Shown piece by piece: positions 37,134 to 47,356 of a stretch of 64,000 nucleotides of DNA (position 1 is the stretch's first letter; each line of letters begins with the position of its first letter). Origin of the DNA: Chthoniobacteraceae bacterium (GTDB lineage: Bacteria; Verrucomicrobiota; Verrucomicrobiia; Chthoniobacterales; Chthoniobacteraceae); NCBI GenBank assembly GCA_037190965.1, contig JBBCKI010000030.1, forward strand, positions 64,001 to 128,000, in the 5' to 3' direction. The notes beneath the pieces were generated by a model. The model saw only the letters and a program-made list of their open reading frames with translations, searched no databases and was not told where the DNA came from. A program made the translations under genes and the position numbers.

Positions 37134-37574
37134 CTATTTGGCTTCTAAGGAAGGGTCGGGGATTTCCACAAACTCCTCGATCAAAAAATAGGTGGCGAAT
37201 TCCATAATGGCTGGAATTCGCTCTGTGCGAAGGGGCTTTTTCATCCCGGCTCCGAGGGTGAAAACGATGCGATGGAAGGTCGGGGTCGCCAGGCCGTCGA
37301 GCCACCCGCGTTTTGCGATCACCACAAAGCGTCCCTTTTCCTCCCTCCAGCTTCCTTCCAGGGTTCGACCGCTGGGACCGAGCGGGCCTGAATTGAAATC
37401 GCCCCCCTTGGAAAAAATGTAATACGAAGAGCCATCGGTCAGGGCTATGCTTCCGTCGGCCTCGATCGTCTTTGCGGGATCGAGCAGCGAATCCTCCGCA
37501 TACAGGGCGCAGGTGAGAATGAAGAAGGCGGCAAGCACGGACCGCCGGAAAAATCGGCAAAGCATGGTCTTCAT
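37134..37574 (-). CDS. Hypothetical secreted protein
   Basis: 146-aa ORF with a signal-peptide-like N-terminus (…CALYA|ED). Confidence 0.65.
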   Translation of the reverse strand: MKTMLCRFFRRSVLAAFFILTCALYAEDSLLDPAKTIEADGSIALTDGSSYYIFSKGGDFNSGPLGPSGRTLEGSWREEKGRFVVIAKRGWLDGLATPTFHRIVFTLGAGMKKPLRTERIPAIMEFATYFLIEEFVEIPDPSLEAK

Positions 37575-37669
37575 GGGAATGATGGATGCGCCAATCCGGG
37601 GCCCAAGTCAATGATGCCAAGATTCACCCAAGATTGACATTGGCGGGAAACCGCCTGATTTTTGAAGGT

Positions 37670-38233
37670 ATGCCTCTGTTCGATCCATCCTGGTTGTCTC
37701 TGGTGGGAGTTCTTTGTGTCGCGGGAATGGTCGTCTCCAGCCACGCCGAGACGCAAAAACAAGAAAACAAGGAACGCGCGACGTTTGCCGCAGGCTGCTT
37801 CTGGGGCGTCCAGGCGAAGTTTGACGCGATCAAAGGCGTTCTCAATACGACGGTCGGTTATACCGGAGGAACGGTCAAGAACCCGACCTATGAACAGGTC
37901 TGCACACACACGACCGGCCATGCGGAAGCCGTATTGGTGGAGTTCGATCCCTCCGTCGTGACCTACGCGCAACTGGTGGACGCCTTCTTTACCATGCACG
38001 ACCCGACGCAACTGAACCGGCAGGGGCCGGACATTGGCGACAGCTATCGCTCGGCCATTTTCTATCATTCACCCGAACAGAAGGCGGTCGCCGAAGCGGC
38101 GAAACAGAAACTCAACGCCGAGGGCAAAACAGCGGGCCGGGTCGTGACGGAGATTGTCCCCGCCGTGGAGTTTTACCCAGCTGAAGCCTACCACCAGAAG
38201 TACCTGCAAAAAACCGGGCGCGTCTGCCATTAG
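37670..38233 (+). CDS. msrA: Peptide methionine sulfoxide reductase A, probably exported
   Basis: [39 protein letters not shown]; hydrophobic N-terminal signal. Confidence 0.96.
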   Translation: MPLFDPSWLSLVGVLCVAGMVVSSHAETQKQENKERATFAAGCFWGVQAKFDAIKGVLNTTVGYTGGTVKNPTYEQVCTHTTGHAEAVLVEFDPSVVTYAQLVDAFFTMHDPTQLNRQGPDIGDSYRSAIFYHSPEQKAVAEAAKQKLNAEGKTAGRVVTEIVPAVEFYPAEAYHQKYLQKTGRVCH

Positions 38234-38238
38234 TATCG

Positions 38239-39471
38239 CTAAACCGCCCAGACCATCGAAGCTGATCCGCCTTCGACCGACTTCCGCTCCAAAGCCCAGA
38301 ACTCGCGCCGCATCGACACGAGGGCGTAGCCACAAAAAATCAACGCCGCCATCGGCTGGACCGACATGGTGGTGACATTCTTCGGCAGCTTCAAAAAGCT
38401 GTTCAAGCCCAGTGCCGCCAATAGGATTGCAACCACCGCCGCGATCCAGCAACGCATGATGGCGGGGTAAGGCCGGGCGAACGCCTGGACCAGCGCGAAT
38501 GCAGCCGCAGGGGCCAGCAGAACATAGGTGGCCGATTCGGTGGCAGGCCCGCAGAGAAGCATCCACCCGCAGACCAACGCGAACGCGCTGCCCAGAAGGC
38601 GTTCCTCGCTCCATTGCCGCCAGCGGGCCACCAGGACCAACCCGCCGATGGCTATCCCGCTCAGGAGCTGAAGCACCTGGTAAGCCTCTTTTGTAATCGG
38701 GAGATGAAAGAACCGGAAAAGCATCCAGAGATCGCGCGGAGCAATGTTGTTGCCGTAGGCAAAGCGGTCATCCGCCGCTCGAGTGGCAAACCAGATGCGG
38801 TATTGCTCGGCAACGTAAGCCGGTTTCTGCAACACGAAGGAAAGAAGGCCGAGAATCACAAGCGCGGCGAGGAGCCTCCACGCAAACTGCCGCGGGTACG
38901 CCAACGCAAGAAGAAGCCCCGCCGCGAGCGGATAGATCTTGAAATAGGCGGCCACCGTGATGCATAGCGCGGCAAGCCACCATCGTTCGGTGCGGCAAGC
39001 CGCAAAACCGGCCATCAGTAGTCCGATCACCATCGGGTTGACCTGTCCGATATTGAGATTGCCCAGCGAAAGCGGCAAAAGCAGAAGAAAAATCCAAGCG
39101 TAGTTCCGTTTGGGAACCCCGGGGGAAAGCCCGGCCTTGAGCCACCAGGCGACGCCGCCAAGCAATAGCCCGACGTTGAGCAAACGCCAGAGGATCTCGG
39201 CAGGAACCTTCGGCAACACCGCAAGCGGGACGAAGGCCGCAGCCGTCGGAGGACTGTAAACAAAGCCCCGCTTTCCCTTGTAGATGTTCTTGGAAGCCAT
39301 CCACCGCTCGCCCGCCTGCCGGTAGGTCGTCAGGACGGTATTCTTATCGGGGTGCACCGCAGCGCGCACGAAGATACCCAGCATGGCCGCCGCCCAAAGG
39401 GCCACCACCGCGATATTAAGCCATCCGGATTTTCTGAGCAGGGAGAGAAAAGGCGCTTCATGCGACGGCAT
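38239..39471 (-). CDS. GT-C membrane glycosyltransferase (GT87/DUF2029-like)
   Basis: FVYSPPTAAAFVPL, NIGQVNP, FKIYP; multi-TM; start uncertain. Confidence 0.8.
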   Translation of the reverse strand: MPSHEAPFLSLLRKSGWLNIAVVALWAAAMLGIFVRAAVHPDKNTVLTTYRQAGERWMASKNIYKGKRGFVYSPPTAAAFVPLAVLPKVPAEILWRLLNVGLLLGGVAWWLKAGLSPGVPKRNYAWIFLLLLPLSLGNLNIGQVNPMVIGLLMAGFAACRTERWWLAALCITVAAYFKIYPLAAGLLLALAYPRQFAWRLLAALVILGLLSFVLQKPAYVAEQYRIWFATRAADDRFAYGNNIAPRDLWMLFRFFHLPITKEAYQVLQLLSGIAIGGLVLVARWRQWSEERLLGSAFALVCGWMLLCGPATESATYVLLAPAAAFALVQAFARPYPAIMRCWIAAVVAILLAALGLNSFLKLPKNVTTMSVQPMAALIFCGYALVSMRREFWALERKSVEGGSASMVWAV

Positions 39472-39566
39472 GCAGGGACAAGACCACAGGGTATCGATGG
39501 CGTCCATCGGGAAAACCCGGAACCTCGCTTGAGAGAAAATACAAAGGCGCGCGATTGGGCCTTTCG

Positions 39567-39872
39567 ATGAAGGAGCCCGGTTCGAAGAGTAACGGCGTGC
39601 AACTGATCTCACCCTCGCTGTTTCGCTTCGAAACACGGCATCCGGAGACGGGCATGCTGATCGAAGTCGAGGCGGAACATTTCCCCGCCCGTCGCGGTTC
39701 GCGCGACCGTGACGGCGTCCTGCTGGAGCCGGACGATCCCGAGGAGATTCTCATCCGCCATGTTCGCACCTGTGCAGGAACGCCGGTGCCGTTCGGCGAT
39801 TTCGAGCCTTGCCTGATCGAGCAGGCGTTCTCACTACGTCTCGACCGCCCCCCGATCAAAGCGACCCGATGA
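39567..39872 (+). CDS. Small hypothetical protein
   Basis: 101-aa ORF filling an otherwise empty gap; contains RRGSRDRDGVLLEPDDPEEI. Confidence 0.6.
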   Translation: MKEPGSKSNGVQLISPSLFRFETRHPETGMLIEVEAEHFPARRGSRDRDGVLLEPDDPEEILIRHVRTCAGTPVPFGDFEPCLIEQAFSLRLDRPPIKATR

Positions 39873-39976
39873 CGCGGCACTGACATGGCCGTCGAAATAG
39901 ACACTGACAGCGCGCGGAACTCCAGTTGCGATGAGACTAATTTGGTAACGCGCGATTTTCACGAAATCGTGAATTG

Positions 39977-40606
39977 TTACCGCTCGACGATTTTTACCTG
40001 CTCGAGTTTCACCTCCGGCAGCTTCCCTTTCTTCGGGATCACACGCAGGTTGGCGACGGCATTGTGCATGACCCATTTTCCGGCGCGGTCGGGCGCATTG
40101 AAAATCAAAATAACGCTGAGGTCGTCCCCGTTCCAAAGCCCGGCTTTGCTGAGGCACGGGAAGGTCGCCTCCGTGGCGTCGACGCGGCCCAGGGCGTTTT
40201 GCACATAGTCAGGCACCGGGAGCCGCACCGGTTTGCCTTGGTGAAGGGCGTAGATGGACAGGCTGGTGGAGAGCTTGTGCTCGTGGTCAAGCAACGCAAA
40301 CCATTGGCCGCCGGGATGCCAGACGACCTCGCAAGGAGGGACATCCGCATCGGGGATCCGCGGGCGGCCCAGAGGAATGCGACCGATCTCCCCGCCGGTT
40401 TGGGTATCGACCAGGCGGATGAAATCAGGGGTCGGCGAGTCGGGACGGCGGAACTGGTAACGTCCATCGCCGGAAGCCCCACCGTCGACGACGGCTTCCC
40501 TGTCCTCTCCACGGGCGGTGGCGGGTTGAAGAAATCCTGCGGCGGCGGCAAGCATGGCAGCGGCGGCCAGGACTCTGGCAAGCCGCGTCGGCGATGGATA
40601 AAGCAT
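39977..40606 (-). CDS. Hypothetical secreted protein
   Basis: Ala-rich signal-like N-terminus; beta-propeller-like WHPGGQWFAL segment. Confidence 0.65.
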   Translation of the reverse strand: MLYPSPTRLARVLAAAAMLAAAAGFLQPATARGEDREAVVDGGASGDGRYQFRRPDSPTPDFIRLVDTQTGGEIGRIPLGRPRIPDADVPPCEVVWHPGGQWFALLDHEHKLSTSLSIYALHQGKPVRLPVPDYVQNALGRVDATEATFPCLSKAGLWNGDDLSVILIFNAPDRAGKWVMHNAVANLRVIPKKGKLPEVKLEQVKIVER

Positions 40607-40733
40607 TGCGGCTGAGCATCGCAGCGGTAAGCGGCTTCTGCCAGCACGAAGAAGCCGAAGCGGGAAATTCGAGCTTGGCTAGCGTTCTGACAGCTGTTCC
40701 AGTATCGGCCCTTTCGCCACTTCTAAAACTGCC

Positions 40734-42392
40734 ATGCAAACCATCGTCATCGGACATCGCAATCCGGATATGGATTCAATCTGTGCCGCCATCGGCTACG
40801 CCGAGCTAAAACGGCTGATCGGCACTCCCGATGTGATTCCCGCGCGCGCGGGAAGTACGAATGAGCGCATCGATTTTGTCCTGAACAAATTTGGCGTGGA
40901 GGCTCCTGTCTTCATCAGCGATCTCCTGCCGAGAGTGGCGGATGTGATGGAGCGGGACGTGATCTCCATTACCGCCAATTCCTCGATCTACGAAGCAATT
41001 CAGGTGATCGAAAGCAACCAGATGCGGGGGCTGCCCGTGGTGGGGCCGGACTCCCGCTGCATCGGGTTGTTGTCCGCGTTCAAGGTTCTGCACCATCTTT
41101 TCCCGCCACCCGGGGAAACGGAGAACGCTCGGGTCGTCATGGCTTCTCTGGCGGAGATTGCCCGCACCTTCGGCGGGCGGACCCTTTCCGGCGAGGCCTG
41201 CCAGACCGTGGAGAAGTATCGGCTCGTCGTCGGCGCAATGGCCGCGGAGTCGTTCCAGGAACGCTTGCAGCGGCATCAGGCCAGCGGAGTCGTCGTGATC
41301 GTGGGGGACCGCGAGGAAATTCAATTGGCGGCGATTGCGGGAAGGGTGCGAGCGGTGGTGGTCACCGGCGATCTTCCGGTAAGCGACGCGGTGTATGAGG
41401 CGGCAGCCCGGTTCGGAGTCACGATCATCGGCTCTCCCCGCGATACCGCCACGACGATGCTGCTGGCGCGCGGTGCCGCCAATGTGGAGCAGAAAGTGGA
41501 GACGGAATACCTGAGCTTTGCGCCCGACACGCTGCTGGAGGCCGCGCGCGAAGCGGCTGCGGTCAGCGGGCAGTTCCTTTTCCCGGTCATCGAGGAGGGC
41601 CGCCTTGTCGGCATTCTTTCCAAGAGCGACTTTCTGAAAACCGTCCCACGCCAATTGATCCTGGTCGATCATAATGAGCTTTCGCAGGCGGTCACGGGAG
41701 CCAGCGAGGTACCCATCATCGAGATCCTCGATCACCACCGACTTGGCGGCTTCTCCAGCGATACACCGATCCTTTTCTGGAACAATCCGGTGGGGTCCAC
41801 CTCCAGTATCGTCGCCATGTGCTACCGGCAGCACGGAGTGGAAATCCCCAAGTCGATTGCAGGCCTGCTGATGGCGGGGTTGATCTCCGACACGCTCAAC
41901 CTGACTTCTCCCACGGCCACTGCCGCCGACGCCGAAATATTGAAGCACCTCTCCATGCTCGCCGAGACCGACCCGGCCGTTCTTGCCGAGGAGATTTTCT
42001 CCGTAGGCTCGCCGCTCATGACGATGACCCCCGAGCAGGCCGTCAACGCCGATTGCAAGGAGTACTCCGAAGAGGGGCTGCGCTTCACCGTCGCCCAGAT
42101 TGAAGAATTGAGCTTTTCGCATTTTCGCGAAAAGGAGAAGGCGTTGATTGAAGCGCTCGACCAGCATTGCCGGGCGGGGCGTTACCTCTTCTCCGCCCTG
42201 CTGGTGACCGACATCAACACGAAGACCTCCATCCTGCTCGTTTGCGGGGCCAAGGCGTTCTTGGAACGGATCGACTACCCACACTTGGGCCCGAACCAAT
42301 GGGAACTGGAAGGGGTGGTTTCGCGCAAAAAACAGCTTTTGCCATACCTACTGGGGTGCCTGCACGGGCTGGACCGGGCGGAAATCGAGTAA
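40734..42392 (+). CDS. ppaC: Mn-dependent (family II) inorganic pyrophosphatase with CBS-DRTGG-CBS insert
   Basis: GHRNPDMDS, LVDHNE, ILDHHRLG, PVGSTS, ISDTL, GVVSRKKQLLP. Confidence 0.94.
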   Translation: MQTIVIGHRNPDMDSICAAIGYAELKRLIGTPDVIPARAGSTNERIDFVLNKFGVEAPVFISDLLPRVADVMERDVISITANSSIYEAIQVIESNQMRGLPVVGPDSRCIGLLSAFKVLHHLFPPPGETENARVVMASLAEIARTFGGRTLSGEACQTVEKYRLVVGAMAAESFQERLQRHQASGVVVIVGDREEIQLAAIAGRVRAVVVTGDLPVSDAVYEAAARFGVTIIGSPRDTATTMLLARGAANVEQKVETEYLSFAPDTLLEAAREAAAVSGQFLFPVIEEGRLVGILSKSDFLKTVPRQLILVDHNELSQAVTGASEVPIIEILDHHRLGGFSSDTPILFWNNPVGSTSSIVAMCYRQHGVEIPKSIAGLLMAGLISDTLNLTSPTATAADAEILKHLSMLAETDPAVLAEEIFSVGSPLMTMTPEQAVNADCKEYSEEGLRFTVAQIEELSFSHFREKEKALIEALDQHCRAGRYLFSALLVTDINTKTSILLVCGAKAFLERIDYPHLGPNQWELEGVVSRKKQLLPYLLGCLHGLDRAEIE

Positions 42393-42411
42393 CCGCCGAT
42401 CAATTTAATTT

Positions 42412-42492
42412 TCTCGCGCCAAGCCCGCCAAGCTCGCCAAGTTTTGGAAGTTACCTCCTGATCTTGGCGGCCTTGGCGGGCTTGGCGCGAGA
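42412..42492. repeat. Family 2 palindromic repeat
   Basis: TCTCG-CGCCAAG-CC-CGCCAAG-CT-CGCCAAG ... CTTGGCG-GC-CTTGGCG-GG-CTTGGCG-CGAGA between convergent genes. Confidence 0.85.
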
Positions 42493-42516
42493 TATCTTCC
42501 GGCATCTATCGCATCC

Positions 42517-42966
42517 TCACCGCAAAAACCGGCCCAAATTCTCCGATTCCCATCGGCGGGCGCGGGTATAGAGCGGAAATAGCCTTTCACGGGCCTTGAA
42601 TCGCTCCGTGTGGACCAACCGACGGCCGTTTTGATCGAATTCGTCCGGAATAACGGCATGAAGCATCTCGTGGTACATGACGTACTCCATGAACCAGAGC
42701 GGCACAAAAGAGGCATCCAGAAGGGGATGCACCCGGATGACGCGGTCTTCCTCCTGGATGGAGGCAAAAACGAAGTAGCTTTTGGGACGCCGCCTGCGCC
42801 GCCGCCCCCACATGACCCGGTAGCGGGGAAGGGCCATGGCAAAATACTTCGCGTTCAGCTTGTCGAAAATAGCCTTGAGATCGAAGTACTTCCCTTCGTG
42901 ATCCACTACAAGCTGCCGCTGATAGGGCAGCGATAGACAGGCAACTTTACGTTTCCGCCTAGGCAT
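42517..42966 (-). CDS. SprT-like / YgjP-like zinc metalloprotease
   Basis: FDKLNAKYF, IRVHPLLD, YVMYHEMLH (HExxH), VHTERFK. Confidence 0.8.
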   Translation of the reverse strand: MPRRKRKVACLSLPYQRQLVVDHEGKYFDLKAIFDKLNAKYFAMALPRYRVMWGRRRRRRPKSYFVFASIQEEDRVIRVHPLLDASFVPLWFMEYVMYHEMLHAVIPDEFDQNGRRLVHTERFKARERLFPLYTRARRWESENLGRFLR

Positions 42967-43005
42967 GGCGGAGAAAATTACCTTCCCCGCAGCCGGTAGC
43001 AAGGT

Positions 43006-44103
43006 TTACGTATCGGTAGAGACTTTTTTAACAATTGAGTCCAAAAGTTGCTCCAGGCGCTTCACCCGCTCCCAAAGTTTGGGGAGACGGTTAATGTAGG
43101 CGACTTTTTCCTTCTCTTCACGAAGCGGAGTAGCCGGGATTCCCCAGACAACCGATTTGGCTGGCAGATTTTTGCTCACCCCGCTCTTGGCCGCGATGAT
43201 CGACTGGTCACCAATCTCGATGTGTCCGACAACACCCACCTGGCCCGCCATGGTGACATAATTGCCAACGCGGGCACTCCCGGAAATTCCCACTTGGGAG
43301 ATAATGAGCGAATGCTTCCCGATCACGACGTTGTGGGCGATCTGCACAAGGTTGTCGATTTTGCTCCCCTCGCCAATCCAGGTTCTGCCGAAACGCGCCC
43401 TATCGATGGAGGTGTTGGAGCCGATCTCGACGTCGTCGTCGATCTGGACGATCCCTGTCTGAGGGATCTTCACATGCCGCCCCTGGGCAAATTCATACCC
43501 GAAGCCGTCGCTGCCGACGACCGTTCCGCTGTGGATGACGACGCGGTTGCCCAAGACGCACCGTTCACGAACCGTCACGTTGGGGTAAAGATGACATCCG
43601 GAACCGATCTTGGCTCCATGGCCGACATAAACATTGGCTCCGATGACGGTCCCTTCGCCGATGACTGCACCGGGCTCGATGACGGCATGGGCTTGAACGG
43701 AGACCGAAGCGCCAAGGCAGACGTTCTCCCCGATCACGGCGCTTGGATGAACGCCGGGCGCGAAAACGACGGGAGCCGGCGCAAGATGTTCCAAAACCTG
43801 CGCGAACGCCAGCGAGGGGTTGGCAACCCGCACCGCGATGGCAGGGATCGGCTCGGCAAAATCTTCCGGAACCAACACGCAGGTGGCGCGCGTGGCCTTC
43901 AAGGCGGGAAGGTACTTGGCGTTGCCAAAAAAAGTGACATCGCCTTCGCCGGCTTCAGCGAGCGAGGCGGCCCCAGTGATCCGCACGGACACCGGATCCC
44001 GTTCGGAGGGAAGCTCCTGTGCTGATTGAACCGATTGGGCGTTGGGGCTACGCACGACTCGCCCGCCGACAAGGCGGGCGAGTTCTTCGACAGTAAAGTC
44101 CAC
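43006..44103 (-). CDS. lpxD: UDP-3-O-acyl-glucosamine N-acyltransferase
   Basis: Hexapeptide repeats; GSDGFGY, KIPQTGIV, DVEIGSNTSIDR, KIDNLVQIAHNV. Confidence 0.97.
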   Translation of the reverse strand: MDFTVEELARLVGGRVVRSPNAQSVQSAQELPSERDPVSVRITGAASLAEAGEGDVTFFGNAKYLPALKATRATCVLVPEDFAEPIPAIAVRVANPSLAFAQVLEHLAPAPVVFAPGVHPSAVIGENVCLGASVSVQAHAVIEPGAVIGEGTVIGANVYVGHGAKIGSGCHLYPNVTVRERCVLGNRVVIHSGTVVGSDGFGYEFAQGRHVKIPQTGIVQIDDDVEIGSNTSIDRARFGRTWIGEGSKIDNLVQIAHNVVIGKHSLIISQVGISGSARVGNYVTMAGQVGVVGHIEIGDQSIIAAKSGVSKNLPAKSVVWGIPATPLREEKEKVAYINRLPKLWERVKRLEQLLDSIVKKVSTDT

Positions 44104-44117
44104 TCCGTTAAAAAGAG

Positions 44118-44738
44118 CTACTTCTTCTTGGAAGCGGCAGGAGCGGCAGCCTCGGAGGTTTCCTTCGGCTTGTTCTTGTTCAGAACGGAAATGATTTCTT
44201 CGCTGAAATCGCTGGTCTCGCGGGAGTAAAGAACGACCGGAACGCCGTTGATGCTGTTCCCGGACTTATCGAGGACGAGGTCGAACTGGCTGGCCTTGAC
44301 CTTCTCCTGAATGACCGCGTTGATTTCCTTCACGATGCCGTCGCGCATGCGAACGGCCTGCTCCTGGAGGGCCTGCTCGCGGGAACGCTTGAATTCGTTG
44401 ATGTCGCGCTCCATTTCGATGCGCGCGGCGATCTTCTCATCACGCTCCTTGGCTTTCTTCTCCTTGGCGTCTTTGCTCAGCTCCGGCTTGCCAAGCTCTT
44501 CGTTGAGCTTGTTAATTTCGGTGCCGTTCTTGGTGTAATTCTCCACCCGCTCGTCCAATTCCTTCTTGGCGGTGGCGCGAGCTTCGTTGACCCGGTTCTC
44601 TGCTTCCTTCGTCTTGTAATACTTGCTGAAGACTTGGGCCATGTCGACGTAGCCGACCTTGATGTCTGCCTGGGCAGACACGACGGAGCCGAAGCCGAGC
44701 GCAGTGATAAGGGTGGCGAGTGTAAAGGTTTTGTTCAT
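44118..44738 (-). CDS. skp: OmpH/Skp periplasmic chaperone
   Basis: IKVGYVDM, long coiled coil, FDLVLDK; located between bamA and lpxD. Confidence 0.92.
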   Translation of the reverse strand: MNKTFTLATLITALGFGSVVSAQADIKVGYVDMAQVFSKYYKTKEAENRVNEARATAKKELDERVENYTKNGTEINKLNEELGKPELSKDAKEKKAKERDEKIAARIEMERDINEFKRSREQALQEQAVRMRDGIVKEINAVIQEKVKASQFDLVLDKSGNSINGVPVVLYSRETSDFSEEIISVLNKNKPKETSEAAAPAASKKK

Positions 44739-44798
44739 TGAGTTGATTTAGATGGAAGCGATTTCAGTTAGGGTGAGACTTCGAAGGCGTATTTTCGT

Positions 44799-47126
44799 TC
44801 AAAATTGGTATCCGATGTTGAAGTTAAATTTACCGCCTTTGCTGCTGTCATATCCTTTTTGGACCGGAATCCCGTAGTCAATCCGGACCGGGCCGATCGG
44901 AAGATCGAGCCGGACGCCGAGACCGACGTCGGAAGCAATGTGACCAAAACCGAAGTCGTAAGCACCGGAATTGACGATGCCGGTGTCATAGAAAACCGCG
45001 CCGCGCACCCGGTCAACCACAGGGAAGGTGTACTCTGCCGTGAAGCGAGCGAGCGACCTGCCGCCGATCGGCTCCCCGTTCTTGTCCTTCGGGCTGACGT
45101 TGCGGAAATTGAAGCCGCGCAGGTTGTTGGCGCCGCCAAGGTAAAGCCTGTCGAAAATCGGCACGCCTTTGCCATCACCCCCGCCCCAGGAATCAACCAC
45201 GGCCACCTCGCCGTTCAGGGTGAGGATGGTATCCCACGGAAGCGAGATGTAGTGGCTGGCCTCCAGGTCGAACCCGTAGATCTTCACGTCGCCGCCAAGC
45301 GGGCCGCCCGCGACGTAGGTGGTGAGTTCGGCACGGGTTCCCTTGCGGGTCAGGAAGACGCTGTCGCGCGTGTCGTAGGTGAGCGAGGGCGAAAGCTGGC
45401 TCTTGAGGTGATTACCCTCCTGGCTCTTGATCTCGTCGGATACATCATGCGCCATGTTGTAAAGCGTGATGTTCTCCAGCCGGTAGTCGAGCCTCCACGA
45501 CATGAACGGGTTAATCGCCTTGCGCGTAAAGAGATTGAACCCGTAGTTGCGCTGGTCGTACACCGAGCTCAGGAAGGTGGCGTCGTGGTAGAAGAGCTCT
45601 CCGCCAACGGCCAGTTCGTAATCGAGGAAGTACGGCTCGGTAAGCGAGACGACGAAGTCTTTACGCCGGGCGCCATATTGCACGCGGGTGCGGAAACGCT
45701 GACCGCCACCGGTGAAGGTGGGCCAGTTGGTGATGTCGAAGTTCGCCTGGGTCACTTCGACAAAGCCGATCAAGCTGTCGATGGAGCTGAAGCCGGCGCC
45801 GAAGTTCAGGGAGCCGGTGCGCTTCTCGGTGACCACCACATTGAGATCCTTTTTCCCGGGGATCATCGTTTCCGACGGGAAGACGTCGACGCGATCGAAG
45901 TAGTTCAGGTTCTTGAGGCGCTCCTTGCTGACGTCAACGCGAACCGTGTTATAGATCTCGCCCGGGGCAACGGCCAGTTCGCGGCGGATCACTTTGTCCT
46001 TGGAGCGGGTGTTGCCGCTGATCGTGACATGGTTGACGTACGATTGCGTCCCTTCTTCCACGCGGTAGACGACGTTCTGAAGGAGCGTCCCGCCCGGCGT
46101 GGTTTCAGGGATGACCTGCACGTCGATGTAACCGCGTGCGCCGTAAAGATCCTGGATGCCTTTGACGTCGGCTTCCAGCCCAAGGGGCGAATAGGTCGAA
46201 CCCGGCTTGAGCCTGAGCTTGGAGATCACGTCCTCGGGCGTCAGCACTTCCGTGCCGACCACGGCCACGGTGCCGACTTTGTATTGAGAGCCTTCCTTGA
46301 TCGTGAAGATGAGGTCGACATCAGCCTTGCCGGGAACCCGCTCGATCTGCGGCTCTCCCACCTGAACGTCGAGATAGCCGTTGTTCTGATAGTGATCCCG
46401 GAGGGCGGCAACGTCGTCGAAGAGCTGATCGTTCTGGAGCCTGCCCGCCTTCGTGATGAAGGAGAGGAAGGTACGCGTGTTGGTCTTGATGACCTTGCGC
46501 AACTCGCGGTTGGAAAAAACGGTGGCCCCTTCGAAGCGGATACGACGAACGACCGTTTTGCTGGCCTCGGTCACGATATAAGTGACGATGGCACTGTTGG
46601 TCTTCTCGTCCGTGGAAACCTTGGCCTCGACGGTGGTGTCCGTGTAGCCGCGCTCCTGGTAAAACGCGAGGATCTTCTGGCGGTCAGCCTCCAGGTTGGA
46701 TTCGGTGAGCTGTTCGCCAGGCTTGGAGAGAAGCTCCTTGCGGAGCTTCTTGGTCTTGACCTGCGTGACGCCTTCCAGCCGGACCTCCTTGATGGTGGCC
46801 TTGGTCTGGACAACGACGATGACACGAACCCCGTCCTCGGTCGGTTCGCCGAAGATGCGGACGTTGGAGATGTTGCCCGTGGCGTACAGATTGCGAATAT
46901 CTTCCTCCACCGCCGCGTCCGAATAAGGACGGCCCACGCTGGTGCGCATGTTAGCCAGGATCCGCTGTTTGCTGATCGTTGCCGGGCCGGCGTACTGGAC
47001 TTCAATGCTCTTGACCGTGGGCAACTGCCCGTTCTGCGCGAAGAGCATCGGCGAGGTGGCAACGCTAAAAGTTGCTACCGCGGCGAGAAAAAGATGGCTG
47101 GGTCGCATAAATCGCATTTGTCGCAT
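44799..47126 (-). CDS. bamA: Outer membrane protein assembly factor BamA
   Basis: POTRA repeats, GNTRSKDKVIRRE, YLGGANNLRGF, PIGPVRIDYG, C-terminal FNIGYQF. Confidence 0.97.
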   Translation of the reverse strand: MRQMRFMRPSHLFLAAVATFSVATSPMLFAQNGQLPTVKSIEVQYAGPATISKQRILANMRTSVGRPYSDAAVEEDIRNLYATGNISNVRIFGEPTEDGVRVIVVVQTKATIKEVRLEGVTQVKTKKLRKELLSKPGEQLTESNLEADRQKILAFYQERGYTDTTVEAKVSTDEKTNSAIVTYIVTEASKTVVRRIRFEGATVFSNRELRKVIKTNTRTFLSFITKAGRLQNDQLFDDVAALRDHYQNNGYLDVQVGEPQIERVPGKADVDLIFTIKEGSQYKVGTVAVVGTEVLTPEDVISKLRLKPGSTYSPLGLEADVKGIQDLYGARGYIDVQVIPETTPGGTLLQNVVYRVEEGTQSYVNHVTISGNTRSKDKVIRRELAVAPGEIYNTVRVDVSKERLKNLNYFDRVDVFPSETMIPGKKDLNVVVTEKRTGSLNFGAGFSSIDSLIGFVEVTQANFDITNWPTFTGGGQRFRTRVQYGARRKDFVVSLTEPYFLDYELAVGGELFYHDATFLSSVYDQRNYGFNLFTRKAINPFMSWRLDYRLENITLYNMAHDVSDEIKSQEGNHLKSQLSPSLTYDTRDSVFLTRKGTRAELTTYVAGGPLGGDVKIYGFDLEASHYISLPWDTILTLNGEVAVVDSWGGGDGKGVPIFDRLYLGGANNLRGFNFRNVSPKDKNGEPIGGRSLARFTAEYTFPVVDRVRGAVFYDTGIVNSGAYDFGFGHIASDVGLGVRLDLPIGPVRIDYGIPVQKGYDSSKGGKFNFNIGYQF

Positions 47127-47356
47127 TTAGGGAATCGAAAAGAAGATCAAGCAGTCAAGGGCACGCGGCTTCCAGAAAACCTGACATGGAGTGGCGGCTA
47201 TGAATGGAGGTTTACCCCAGAAAGGTCAAGAATCCTTTACCTTCGGTTAAACAGGATTTCGGATGAGCCAGGCATCAGGGAAACCACTATTAAACCTCAC
47301 GGCTAATGACCTACACCCATTCGATTAACAATCCTTATCTCCCATAAAACCGGCGT

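Noticed and set aside
44805..47306. Long antisense ORFs (833 aa opposite bamA; also opposite glmS, purH, KamA, ppaC, glgC and others)
   Set aside because: Shadow frames produced by strong GC3 bias in well-recognised genes; no protein motifs.
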